Source of the DNA: Candidatus Saccharimonadota bacterium
Lineage (GTDB): Bacteria > Patescibacteriota > Gracilibacteria > BD1-5 > UBA6164
Length of the DNA stretch: 32,000 bases
NCBI GenBank assembly: GCA_965227835.1
Contig: OZ245768.1
Span: forward strand, 1,410,001 to 1,442,000
Reading direction: 5' to 3'
A program made the position numbers and the translations under genes. The notes beneath the pieces are model-generated. The model saw only the letters and a program-made list of their open reading frames with translations. It was not told the DNA's origin and did not search any database. This document shows, one piece after another, positions 1-11,107 of the stretch (the first letter of the stretch is position 1; each line of letters opens with the position of its first letter).

Positions 1-630
1 ATTTCTCATGTCAAATTTATTTAATCCAAATGGTGATGCTGATGGTACAGCTATTAAATCTGGGCTATGTTTTCTTGTTAGTTTTACAGGGTCTATATTG
101 TAATCTCCATTTATATTCCATATATCTTCGCATATAAGTACAGACACTTTTGTTATAACTCAGTTTATTTCTATTTCTATTGGTTTGTAATACTGTTCTA
201 GTGGTTTTTGTTCTTCTTTTGCCAAGGTTTGAAGAGAAGTAAAATATCTTTTGTCATCAAACATACGATAGTTTGGTAAAAGTGTTTTGTGTACTTTTCC
301 TAGTAGTTTTCAGTTTTGGCTTATAAATGCTGTGTTGTATTTTCTTATACTCCCATCTTCATTTTTCTTTCTTTCGTCAATATCTATATTTCCCCATATT
401 CAGGCTATCCCATTTTCATCTAATATTTGTATTATTCTCTGGTTTATCTCTCTGCACTCTTTTACAAAACTATCCCTTAACCATCTATCTCAGATCATAT
501 ATCAGGGTATACACATTTCTGGTAGGATTAAAAGTCATCATTTTGGAGTTTTTTTTGCCATTTCTTCAACTCATTTTAGATTTCTTTCGGGATCTCATGC
601 ATATACCTGCATTTGTCATAATTTTATCAT
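1..630 (-). CDS. nadE: Glutamine-dependent NAD+ synthetase, N-terminal carbon-nitrogen hydrolase domain (5' part only; the rest lies beyond the window start)
   Basis: Code-25 translation from the ATG at 628-630 gives MIKLGQMQVYAGDPERNL..LILPEMCIPGY..HKTLLPNYRMFDDKRYF..VLICEDIWN..AVPSASPF, the nitrilase-type motifs of the NadE amidotransferase domain. The frame is open to position 1 with no TAA/TAG (checked codon by codon). The start overlaps the stop of the upstream gene (ATGATAA). Confidence 0.75.
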
Positions 631-1709
631 AGTCTTTGTATTATTATATTTTTAAAATCATTTGCCACTGTTTCTATTTCTTCAAAGTTTTCTAAGTTTT
701 CTATGTAGTATCTTTCTGGCATTTCTCAACTTAAAGCTCAAACCATATTTCATACTATTGATCAATAGCTATCAGTATCTCATCATATGCTTACTGAATC
801 TATTATTGCTTGAAAACTTTGTTCTCTTAAAAATATACAGTAGGTTATTGCCAGTGTTGTAGCTATTTGTCCGGATTTTTTTATATCGTCTCCCCATCAA
901 AAATTTTCTAATATTTCATCATCACTTATTATAAGTTTTCATTTTTTTGAAAATTCTTTCATTTTCTCAAATATTTGTCTAATTTTTGCAAGTTCTTGTC
1001 ATTCCAAAGTGTCTTTTTCTGGAGCTGATTTTTTATCTGTCAATTCTTCGTAAGTTCTTATTTTTCTAGTCATATATTCTAAAAATTCTCACACATTTAT
1101 ATTTCAATTGCTATTTAGAATATATCTAAAACCTATATCATGTATAATGCTTGCCAGTTTTTGAGGGTAGCTGTTGTGTGTTAATCTGGTAAAATCAATG
1201 ATTTCTCTATTTGGTGCCTCCCAAAGTGTAAGAGGTGCTTGTTTCATCATAATTCCACATCACATAGAACTACTTTCTATACTTAATAGTTTGTTTATGT
1301 CTTTGTATTCTCTAAAGTGTTTTATAGCTTTTCTCGTAGCTCCTCAAAATCCATATGGAAATTTGTCATAACCTTGCATTGTTTTTTCCATAATATCATA
1401 TAAATCTATTGTCTTTTTTTCTGTAATGGATTTCATAACTGCCATAGTAAGAATTGTATCGTCTGATATTTTTCATACTTCTTTTGATGATAATTCTAAT
1501 CCAGCTTTTATGAAGTAAGTATTCCATCATGAAGGCAGGTAAAAATCTATTTTTGAAGAGCTTTTATGCAGAATGTCTTGTATTTCTTGTTTTGTTTTCG
1601 TTTCTACTGGTAATCATAGTGCATCTCATACTGCTCAGTTTATAAGTATTGCCGGTATTTTTTCTGCTTTTTTTAACTCAAAGTTTTTACTTCCTATTTT
1701 ATCTTTCAT
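624..1709 (-). CDS. ADP-ribosylglycohydrolase family protein (DraG/ARH-like), 361 aa
   Basis: ATG at 1707-1709 and TAA at 624-626, with no in-frame TAA/TAG (checked line by line). The translation contains INGAVGDALGLPVE near the N-terminus and IGGDTDSYGSIVGNMVGA near the C-terminus, the two metal-binding signature blocks of ADP-ribosylglycohydrolases. Several of those glycines are TGA codons. Confidence 0.8.
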
Positions 1710-1729
1710 TTGATTTGGTGTTTAATGAT

Positions 1730-3166
1730 TTAAACTAAAACCTCATTTTTTTTCATTCAATTCACTCAAAAAATTCTTTTAAACCTTTCAACTCTATTTT
1801 CTTCTCCCATAGCTTTTTCTGGATTATCTGATAATTTTACAGCAGATTCTCATCCTGCTTGAGTAACTTTACATACTTGAGAGAAAGCTCTAAATCCAGG
1901 TATTTCTGATGCTATTCATTTACAATCATTTGTAGTCATAGTTCACATAGCTTGTGGTAATCTCATTATTCTACTTGATAATTCTCTTACATTTTGTACT
2001 AATCTATCAGCAGTTAATCCATCACTTGGCATTATTAGTTTTCAATCTTTTACTGGATCTATTCCTTTTTCTCTCCACCATTTTTCCATAAAATCCATTG
2101 CATCTTTTTCAGGCATAGAATCAACTCTTGGTCAAACCCATTCTTCTAATTTTAGCCACTCGGGAGCATTTTCATGAAATTGTATTGTTCAAAATGTATC
2201 TGGTAAGTATACTTTCAATTCAGGATACATTTCTGCCCATTTTTTTAATACTAGATATTGAGAGTTAAGTATGTATTCATCAGAATCATCTCAAATATTT
2301 GCTGCTACCATAGGTAGTTCATGAGCATTTGTTCCTATGGGGTTTACACTTCAAGATTCCATACTTAGTTTTACATTTGAAGTTCAGCTTAATTGGTTTC
2401 ATAAACGATCTTTTAAAAAACTGTATGCTAACCAATGCCAATATTTTGAGTGTCTTCTTCTTGTTCAAAATTCCGCAAAAGCTACTCTATCATCTTGAGA
2501 TATTTTTTTTGCTGTTTCTTCTAATCTATACATCATTCAGCTATAAATTCATGATACTTGCGAGTTTGAAAGTCAATATTTTTTAATAAGTCAGTAAAAA
2601 TACATTTCAGATATTATGCTCATAGATATTATTTCCCAGTATGTTACTTCATCCCATCTTCAAGAAAAGTTTAGTTTGAATGATCAATCTTCGTTGTTTC
2701 ACAACTCAAATTCGGGTAGCTTAAATCCATTTAGACTTTTTATAAACCATCAGCTAAACATTCTATGTTGCATTTGTGGGTCTATAGGCATACCTCTAAG
2801 ATATGATAACTCTGCTGGTGTAAATGTGATTTTTCTAACAGCTTCTAGTTGTTCTCTTAGTTCATTTATATCAATAACTTCATGAGGTTTAATTTCTTTG
2901 TGATGACGGTTTATCCAAGAGAATGTTACATCTGTTTCTCACCATGTTTCTCCCCATCAGTATTTATCTTGTTCTTCTTTTGGTATCCAATTTTTTTGAA
3001 GCTGATTCATAGGAAATTTGTAAAAATCTGTATCCAGTAGGCTTGTAACGATTTGTTCTCCTCTAGCTTGTGCAAATATTTTGTTAACACTTAGCTGAAC
3101 ACCATCTGTAAATCCTATTAGAGGGCTTGGCATTTTCAGCTTTGGTATATTTTTTTGTGTTTCCAT
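1730..3166 (-). CDS. pncB: Nicotinate phosphoribosyltransferase, 478 aa
   Basis: Translation gives METQKN..SLLDTDFYKFPM..FAEFGTRRRHS..PIGTNAHELPM..LPDTFGT.., matching the conserved PncB blocks. There are many in-frame TGA codons and a TAA stop at 1730-1732. Confidence 0.85.
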
Positions 3167-3190
3167 AATTGTATTTTTAATAAATAAATT

Positions 3191-3931
3191 TTAATATGTT
3201 AAACTTTCTACTATTTTTATTCACGACTTATTTTTTTGTAATAATTTTTTTTGTTTTTCATTTATTATGGTAGCTTCTTTTAAGATTCTTACATCTATTC
3301 AGCTTTTTGATATTTCTTCTAAACTTAATCTTGCTCAACTATTTTCTAAAATTCAGACTATATATATTATTCAAATCCCGTACTTTTTTAGGTTATTTTT
3401 TACTTCTAAGCTAAGAGGTATAGAACTTTTTTTAGTTTTATTTTCTGATAAATTTCAATTTGAGTCGAAAAATAGGTTGATTTGTATGTTTTGTGATAAA
3501 ATTCTTGAATTGTATTGTGGTAAAACTAATTCGCTAGATCCATCATGTAGATCTCAATTTAGACCTCAAAGGATAAATCATCATCTAGATTTTACTTTCA
3601 ATATATATTCATTGATTTTTTTGCATATAATTGATACTTCTTCTTTTTCATATTCACCTATATCTATTATAAATAATGCCTCCTTTGTTTGCTTTGCTAC
3701 ACTTGAGGTAGATTCAGAATATTCTCCTCCAGTTCAACTCTCTACACTTCTAGAATCAATTAAAGCTTGAAGTCTATTTCTTTTTTTATAGCTTTTAATA
3801 TTTCAAAGAAATTTTGAAATTAGTCCTCTTAAAAATGAACCTACCCAAGGGTCTCTTTCTACTTCTGAAAGTAACTTTTTGAGTTCACCTGTATCATTTT
3901 TATCTTTTAAATCAACTCTTGTATTTATCAT
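3191..3931 (-). CDS. Hypothetical protein, 246 aa, embedded between pncA and pncB
   Basis: Uninterrupted code-25 ORF from the ATG at 3929-3931 to the TAA at 3191-3193 (MINTRVDLKDKNDTGELKKLL..GGFILGGLNGDLHDGSSELVLPQYN..). I recognise no family motif. It is co-oriented and tightly packed with the NAD salvage genes. Confidence 0.55.
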
Positions 3932-3964
3932 AGCTTATAATTATGTTTTAAAAAATATAAACCT

Positions 3965-4744
3965 TTAAGCTATTTTTTTAACTATCTCTATTCAAGCTTC
4001 TCTCATTTTTTCTAAAGCTTTTTTTGATCATTCTTCATCCACTCAAGCTACTGCATCTTCAAGTACAATTACTCTATCAAATTCTCATGTCTTTCTTAGT
4101 TCATTAGCATCCATAGCTGTATCCATTACACAAACATCAGTTGCTATTCATACTATATATAGTATTCTTACATTAGAATCTCTTAGAACTTCTTCTGTTT
4201 TAGGATTTAGCATACTAACACCACGATTTTTTTCTTCTCGTCATTGGAATGCACTATAAGAATCTACTCAACTTTTAAAACCTTTTGCTACTTCTGTGTG
4301 TACACATGATCAGTCTAATAATCTGTGTGGATCAGAGCTCTCTTCTCATGCTACTGCATGATCTGGCCATAATTTTTGAACCTTAGTTTCTTCTAGATAT
4401 GATTTTAAATCTTCTAAACTAAAAGTAGCAGTTTCAGATATTCAGTTATTTTCTGGTGTCCATTCTTTTACTTCATTCCAAGTTATTTCAGAAAAATTTT
4501 CTTTTCATTTGAAACTTGATGCAAAAGAAATATGACCTTTTGGATGATAGTCTCTACTTGCTAATACTAATCCTCCTTTTTGTTTTATTTCTCTCATATA
4601 ATCATTTACTCTAGGAACTATAGCTCATCAATTTTCAACTCACAATTCTCATGTTCCTCAATCTTCCTCTTTGATAAATGTGTTTTGCACATCTACAACC
4701 ATTATACCTATCCCTTCGGGATTTTTTAAATTTACATTTCACAT
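3965..4744 (-). CDS. pncA: Nicotinamidase / isochorismatase-family hydrolase, 259 aa
   Basis: Translation gives MGNVNLKNPEGIGIMVVDVQNTF..LWPDHAVAG..KGFKSGVDSYSAF..YIVGIATDVCV, covering the catalytic Asp, Lys and Cys blocks of PncA. The glycines in VAG and VGIATD are TGA codons. TAA stop at 3965-3967. Confidence 0.85.
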
Positions 4745-4818
4745 AATTAATATAGTTAAAAAATAAGTTTTATATGTTTGTGATCAAATTTATAATAATT
4801 TTTTATTTTTTGTCAAGT

Positions 4819-6087
4819 TTATTTTAATAAATCTGATCAAATGTTTAGTGTTTGAGCTTTTGATGCTAGATATAGCTTCATTAAAGATATTGCTTCATCT
4901 TTATTTCCTTCTGGTAATTTTTCTCCTAATTTTTCAATTATTGTTCAAAGTTCTTCTCAGCTTGCTTCTCATCTTTGTTTTGCTTGCTCTTTTTCTCACT
5001 GAGCTAATTTTTGTCTCTCTTTTAGCTGGGTTTGTTCGTATTTAATATTTTTCATATTCCTTTTGTGGTTTGATTTATCTAAATCTTTTTGACTTTGTAC
5101 CATAGCTGATTCTTCCAGTACTCTTTGTACAGCTATTTCTTGTGGAGACCATTGTCTGAGGTTAACAGCATCTATTTTTATTCATATATTTCAGAAAGGA
5201 TCATTTTTAAAAAACTCCATTTTCGATATTTTTTTTCAGGTATCTTCTTTGAAGTTATCAAAGTTTTTTCTAGAGATTTCTTTTGTAACTTCAGATTGTA
5301 TTTTGTTATAAAATTCACAAAGTGGGTCATGGTTTTCTGTTACTAATTTTTCTAAATTAGATATAGAATAAAATATCATAAGTTTTATTTCTATTTCTAC
5401 ATTGTCTTTTGTTCTTACGGGAAAACTGAAATAAGTTTGCGTATCATCAAGTCTAAGTTTTTCAAATGTTAATGCTCATGGTACCTTTTCAGTATCTCAA
5501 CCTTCTTCTCAACTTCATGTCCAATAAAATCTTTTTACTCTTTCTAAGAATGGATTTATAAGGATTTCTGGGCTGTCTTTTCATTCTATTATTTTTTCTT
5601 TTCAATCCTGTCATATTATAACTATTGCTTCTCTTTGAGAAATTTGTATTTTTTGAAATTTTAATAGTTTTCATTCAGGATGGATATAAAATTCATTTGG
5701 TCATTCTACTTCTCTATGGTTTCATTTTTCATCAAAAATCCATCATTTTTCTCAACTCTCAAGAGTTTTTCTATTATATTCTACAAATTTACCATCTGGA
5801 TGATTGAAAACCACATCGGGTCATACTATTTCAGTTCCTTGTTTTTCTCATGGTTTGTATAAAACTATTTTTTGAAGTGCTTGTAGGTCTATTCTTTGAA
5901 ATTCTCTTACATTATTTGTAGGAGAGAAGATTCTTTTTGGTCACTCTATTTCACTCTTTTCTCAATTTAATAGATTTGTTACCAATACTTTTATTCATCA
6001 AGATATTGATATGTACATTCAAAAGAATGATTTTTTAATTCAACTATTATTTAAGTTATTTGAATTATCTGTCTCTAAATTTCTCAT
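4819..6087 (-). CDS. Major-vault-protein-like repeat plus SPFH/band-7-like shoulder domain protein, 422 aa
   Basis: The ORF was verified free of TAA/TAG in frame. The N-terminal half has repeat-like blocks (GTEIVGPDVVFNHPDGKFVEY.., GEKGWIFDEKGNHREVEGPNEFYIHPEGKLLKF..) resembling eukaryotic MVP repeats. Next comes a shoulder/SPFH-like block (FSFPVRTKDNVEIEIKLMIFYSI), then a helical tail (QRVLEESAMVQSQKDL..KERQKLAQ). The family call rests on remembered MVP sequence, not a search. Confidence 0.55.
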
Positions 6088-6680
6088 AATATAAAATTTA
6101 TAAAAATAAAATAAATGTATTTAGTTTTCGTACTAAATTTTTATACATAATGTTTTATATACACTTATTTGAAATTAATAAAATAACTTATTTTTAGTCT
6201 TTCTAGATAAACTTTTTCTTTGTTCTTTCTAGCAAGAAATTCAAACCCAGCACTTATTCATTTTAATTTTAGCAACAGTATTTCTTTTTAGAAGACAGAA
6301 GCATTATTATAGAATCTAACATATAGAATATTTTAATCATAACATCTATAGTTTAAATTTGGATAGAACAATAATGTAATAGGTACTTATATATGTGTAT
6401 ATAAAATTATATTTTTGGTATTTGTTTTAAGCTTTTAATACTTGTTTTTAAAATGAAAAGGATAATTATATAATCATAATAACTATATTTCATTTAAGTG
6501 TATTAAAAACACTTTAAAAGTGTAATGTTTTATTTTTTTATGTCAAACTTTTTTTCAAACTTTTTTATTTTTTATGAAAATAATCTATTTTACAAAACAT
6601 ATAGAAGTCAATTTTAAAATATAGAAATATAAGCTTAATTATGATATTATATAAAAGTTATTTTTATTTATTATTTTTAA

Positions 6681-8006
6681 ATGAGTTTATCTAATTTCAT
6701 AAAAAAAGATTCTGGTAAAACTTCTTCAAAAATGGAAGATTTATTTATTATTCCTAAGGTTTCTAAAAACAATAATATAGTTGATTCAGATTTACACTTA
6801 GATGTTTATGGTAGCTGAAAGGATGATAAAAAAATTATACTTATCTTAAATGATATATTTTTAAAAGCCCTTATTCTAAAGGCTTCAGACATACATTTTG
6901 AACCAAGAGAGAAAGACATCAATATAAGATTTAGGGTTGATTGAGCTTTTGTTAAATGAAAATCGTTTGATGTTTCTTTGAAAGATTCAATTGTTGCCAG
7001 AATCAAGATAATGTCTTCTCTAAGAATAGATGAACATAGGCTACCTCAAGATTGAAAAATTACATATAAACTTTTTGCTGGTAAATCTATTGATATGAGA
7101 GTTTCTGTTATTCCTACTATATATTGAGAAAAGATTGTTATAAGGCTTCTTAAAAAAGATGAAAAACCACCTAAGCTTAGAAGTTTGGGTATAATGCCTT
7201 ATAATATGGTTAAGATAAAAAAACATTTAAGTGATCCTTATGGAATGATTTTAGCTGTATGACCAACTTGATCTGGTAAATCAACTACCCTTTTTTCTCT
7301 TTTAAGCCAGTTTGATTCTAGTGAGAAAAATATATCAACTTTAGAAGATCCTGTAGAGTACAGAATTCCTTGAGTTAATCATACTCAAGTAAACCCTAGT
7401 ATAGATTTTAATTTTGCTAAATGACTTAGGAGTCTTTTAAGACAAGATCCAGATATAATTATGGTCTGAGAAATAAGAGATAATAATACGGCAAAGTTAG
7501 CAGTTGAAGCTTCTATTACATGACATATAGTTTTTTCTACCCTTCATACAAACTCTGCTAGTCACACTTTACAAAGGCTTATAAATCTAGGAATAGATCC
7601 TCTTCTTATAAGTTCAAGTTTGAGGATTATAATATCACAAAGATTGGCTAGAAAACTTTGTAGTAGTTGCAAAATTTCTTATTCTCCTGATCCTAAAATA
7701 AAGGATTATATAATTTGAAAAGTAGGAAAATACATAAAAGATAAAGATAATCTCAAATTGTATAAACCAAAACAGTGATGATGTAAAAATTGTAATAGTA
7801 TTTGATATTCTTCTAGAATTTGATTATATGAGGTTTTGGAGATGACTGATTCTATGGAGAATCTTATACTTAATAATGCTTCTAGGACCCAGCTTGAAAT
7901 TCAGGCTATAGGTGATTGAATGGTTACTATAAAAGAAGATGCTTTGCTTAAGGTTGTTATGTGAGAAACTAGTATAGAGGAAGTTTTGGCTGTTTTGGGG
8001 CATTAG
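6681..8006 (+). CDS. pilB: Type II/IV secretion / type IV pilus assembly ATPase (GspE/PilB family), 441 aa
   Basis: Walker A AVGPTGSGKSTT (glycines at 7260-7262 and 7269-7271 are TGA). Also present: Asp box LEDPVEY, Walker B DPDIIMVGEIRD, His box [12 protein letters not shown], and a tetracysteine motif CSSC..CKNC typical of PilB/GspE rather than PilT. TAG stop at 8004-8006. Confidence 0.9.
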
Positions 8007-8154
8007 GATAAAGCTAATTAAATATATTTTGAAAAATTAACATTTTTGGAAAATTCATTTAAAGAAAGTTAATTTTTTTCTAATTTTCACCAGAGATTTT
8101 TTTGTCTTAGAATAGATAAACAAAAAATCTTGTTCATAAAAATTATCTAAAAAA

Positions 8155-8332
8155 TCAAAAGACTAAAGACTCTTTTGGCAAAGATATGAGGTCAAAAGGC
8201 TAAAGCCTTCTGTTGAAAAATATAATATCAGAGGACTGAAGTTTATCTGTTGACAAAAATACAGTATCAAAAGGCTAAAGCCTCTTCTGCATAATATGTA
8301 AGGTCAAAAGGCTAAAGCCTTCTGTTGACAAG
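8155..8332 (+). repeat. Tandem array of five ~37-bp hairpin-forming repeats, consensus TCAAAAGGCTAAAGCCTTCTGTTGA(A/C)AA
   Basis: Copies start at 8155, 8192, 8228, 8267 and 8304 (spacings 37, 36, 39, 37). The core stem is AAGGC / GCCTT around a TAAA loop. The array sits in the convergent intergenic region between pilB-1 and yebC. Confidence 0.75.
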
Positions 8333-8414
8333 TAGTAAAAAATTATTTTTTAGTTAAAATTGTATTTTAAAACAGTTTAACTTACGAGTTAATTTACTAT
8401 AAAAGAAAATAGCT

Positions 8415-9185
8415 TTATGTTTTAAAGCTATTTTTTTCTATAAACTCATTTACTTCTTTTTGTAGTTCTTCTGAAATTATTTCATTTGTAGATACTCCTG
8501 CTACATCCTCATCTTCATTAAAAGCTTCTATCATTTTTGTGAATTTTAGAGCTTTTTCAAATTCATTAATTTCTACATAGTTTTCAGCCACAAAATCAAG
8601 TTTAGATTCCATTAGTTCAATATTTCTTTTTTCAAAGAATTCTTCTATTTTGTTGTGAGTCTCCACTCAAGTGATTATTTTTAAATAATCCTTATTTATT
8701 ATGAAGTCTAAAGATTCTGTTTCATATACTAGATTTTCTATTTCCTGATTATCATATTTTTTAGGATCTATAAAAATAACTCATCTTCTTTGAAATGACC
8801 AAGACACAGAACCACTTTCTCACATATTACCTCAAAATTTTGATAAAATATGTCTAATGTTTGAAACAGTTCTATTTTTATTATCCGTCAAGACTAGAAT
8901 CATAACAGATATTCATCAAGAAGCATATCATTCATAAATTACTTCTATTATTTGCTTGGAGCCTTTATCTTCTCAGGTTCATTTTTTTATCGCTTTTTCT
9001 ATATTGGAATTAGGAACCCCATCTTTTTTAGCTTTTTGTATAGCTAAGGCTAGATTTGGATTATCATCTGGATTTCATCCAGAACTTGACGCTAGCGATA
9101 TTAATTTAGCATGGATTGAGAAAACTTTACCTTTTATTTTGTTTACAGAGTCTCTTCTAGCTTGAACTACTGGTCATCTTCACAT
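8415..9185 (-). CDS. yebC: YebC/PmpR family DNA-binding transcriptional regulator, 256 aa
   Basis: Translation gives [85 protein letters not shown].., colinear with YebC/TACO1 family proteins. ATG at 9183-9185 and TAA at 8415-8417. Confidence 0.88.
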
Positions 9186-9402
9186 AGATTAAATAGTTAT
9201 GTATTTATTTAAATAATGAATTAAAAATTCATATATTTTAAAAAAATAATATTTTTTTATACAATTTTTGCAAAAATTAATGTCATATTAATATTGCATG
9301 TGTATAATTACAATTTTTTGTACATTGTTTTTGGCTTAAATTAAGGAAAAAAGTCGATTTTTCTTTTGACTTATAAAAATATTTTTTTAACATATTTTTT
9401 GA

Positions 9403-9458
9403 GCATTTAGTCAATTATTTTATGGGAGGTTAAAATAATTCACTAAATGCATTTTTTT
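9403..9458 (+). terminator. Long hairpin plus T-run (intrinsic-terminator-like) with no upstream plus-strand CDS
   Basis: 20-nt arms GCATTTAGTCAATTATTTTA (9403-9422) and TAAAATAATTCACTAAATGC (9431-9450) carry one mismatch around the loop TGGGAGGT. The hairpin is followed by ATTTTTTT (9451-9458). Confidence 0.4.
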
Positions 9459-9652
9459 ATGCATATTTTTGACAAATATTAGAAATCTAAAATTATAATA
9501 AAAAACTTATCTATATATTTTATCACTCTAAGGAGTCACTAAAAAATTACTTCATAATGTAAAAATAAAGATTTTTTAGTTAAATTTTTCAAATAAAGAG
9601 TCCTTGTGAACTATGTTATTACTTTTTCAACTTTAAAAAAATTAATGAAAAA

Positions 9653-9678
9653 AGTTACAATTCTGTAACTTTTTTTTT
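9653..9678 (+). terminator. Intrinsic-terminator-like hairpin upstream of the speH-like gene
   Basis: AGTTACA (9653-9659) and TGTAACT (9664-9670) form a perfect 7-bp stem with loop ATTC, followed by eight T (9671-9678). Confidence 0.5.
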
Positions 9679-9764
9679 GTATAAAAATACGGCTAGGAAG
9701 GTAATTTTTGGTTTTTTAAAACTGAAATTTATTTCTAGGTGATTTTATTTTTTAATTTTTTTTG

Positions 9765-10199
9765 ATGAAACTTTTAAGAAACATTAAAGATGAGTGACTT
9801 TCTTATGAAACTTCTTTTTTAGAAGAAAATCTTAGAAAGGGTAATTTTTGGGGTCTTGCAACTTCACTTGATATTTATTGATGTGATCCTGATATAATCA
9901 GAGATTCAGATTCTATTAGTAGATATGTCAAAGAACTGTGTGATCTTATAGAGATGAAGAGATTTTGAGATACTCAAATTGTTCATTTTGGTGAGGATGA
10001 GAAAGTAGAGTGATTTAGCATGATACAGCTTATAGAAACTTCTCTTATTAGTGGTCATTTTGCAAATAAAACTAATGCCTCTTACTTGGATATTTTTAGT
10101 TGTAAATATTACGATCCTCAAGTAATGGCAGATTTTAGCTTGAAGTTTTTCAAGTGAGATTACTACAAAATAAACGTATCCAGTAGGGATACAAAATAA
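9765..10199 (+). CDS. S-adenosylmethionine decarboxylase proenzyme-like protein (SpeD/SpeH small class), 144 aa
   Basis: Translation gives MKLLRNIKDEGLSYE..GLATSLDIYGCD..EGFSMIQLIETSLISGHFANK..YLDIFSCKYYD, resembling the small bacterial/archaeal AdoMetDC fold. The self-cleavage region reads ETS rather than the usual ES. TAA stop at 10197-10199. Confidence 0.55.
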
Positions 10200-10220
10200 T
10201 ATTTTTTAATTGAGAATTTT

Positions 10221-11003
10221 ATGATACAAAAACTATCACAAGGTTATATTGCAAGTGTTGATACAAATTCTTTGAGACAAAAGGATATTTTAGATATGTA
10301 TGATATAGAAAGAGATACTTGGAGCCATTTTATGGGAGAATATGTTAAATGCGAATCTTGCAATATTAATTATTCAAAAAAAGATATTTATTGAAATATT
10401 TCCTCTGATTATTGATTGAAGTCAGTTTGAGAGCTTGAAAATGAGTATTGAAGAAATAATTTAAGGTGTCCTTGCTGTTCTTGAAAAGTCAAAGATTTAC
10501 GGGGTGAAGAACTTATTTCTATAATAGAATCTAGACTTTTTGATACTAAGAAGGGATTTGTAAATTTTTATAAATCTAGTGTAGGTAAGATTTTATGATT
10601 TGCTTATTGATTTGTTGATACTCCAGAAAATACTTATATAAAAGAATTTAAACATCATTTCAATGATAAACTTTTATATTTACTTAAAAAAGAATTTTGA
10701 AATCAAGATTTGCTTACTTTGTCAGGTGTTTGTGTTACTCAGGATAAAATTAGTATCAGAGTTATTTATGAAATACTAAAGAATTTTTATTGTACTATAG
10801 ATCCAAAATATGATAAAAATGTTTGAATATGAGAATCTATCAAGTGAACACCCAGTAATAAAATATATAAAAGAATGTTGCCTTATTCTTTTGATATAGA
10901 AAATGAATCTAATTCAGAAATTTTATATCAGTATAAAGCTGTATATATATCCAAAAAGTATAGTAATAGTAGTATCACAGATTTTCTAAAATCATCAAAA
11001 TAA
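10221..11003 (+). CDS. Hypothetical protein with a CxxC...CxxC zinc-ribbon-like motif, 260 aa
   Basis: Continuous code-25 ORF (MIQKLSQGYIASVD..KCESCNINY..LRCPCCSGKV..). It starts 22 nt after the speH-like stop. I recognise no family. Confidence 0.55.
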
Positions 11004-11107
11004 ATTTTTTTAACAACTAAAAATAACACCAAATTAAAAATTGGATTTAGACCTCTATTTTATTAAAATAGCAATAACTAATAGTTTTTTAATTATTTTT
11101 AAAAGGG

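Noticed and set aside
6088-6680. 593-bp gap between the MVP-like gene and pilB-1 as a possible RNA gene or hidden ORF.
   Set aside because: It is extremely AT-rich with only short weak hairpins. There is no tRNA-like or GC-rich structured core and no code-25 ORF of meaningful length. It is most simply a divergent promoter region, and I cannot support anything more specific.
8155-8332. Possible CRISPR array.
   Set aside because: The repeat period is only ~37 bp, with 7-13-nt segments between units and degenerate repeats. No cas genes are nearby. It is better described as a REP-like hairpin array.
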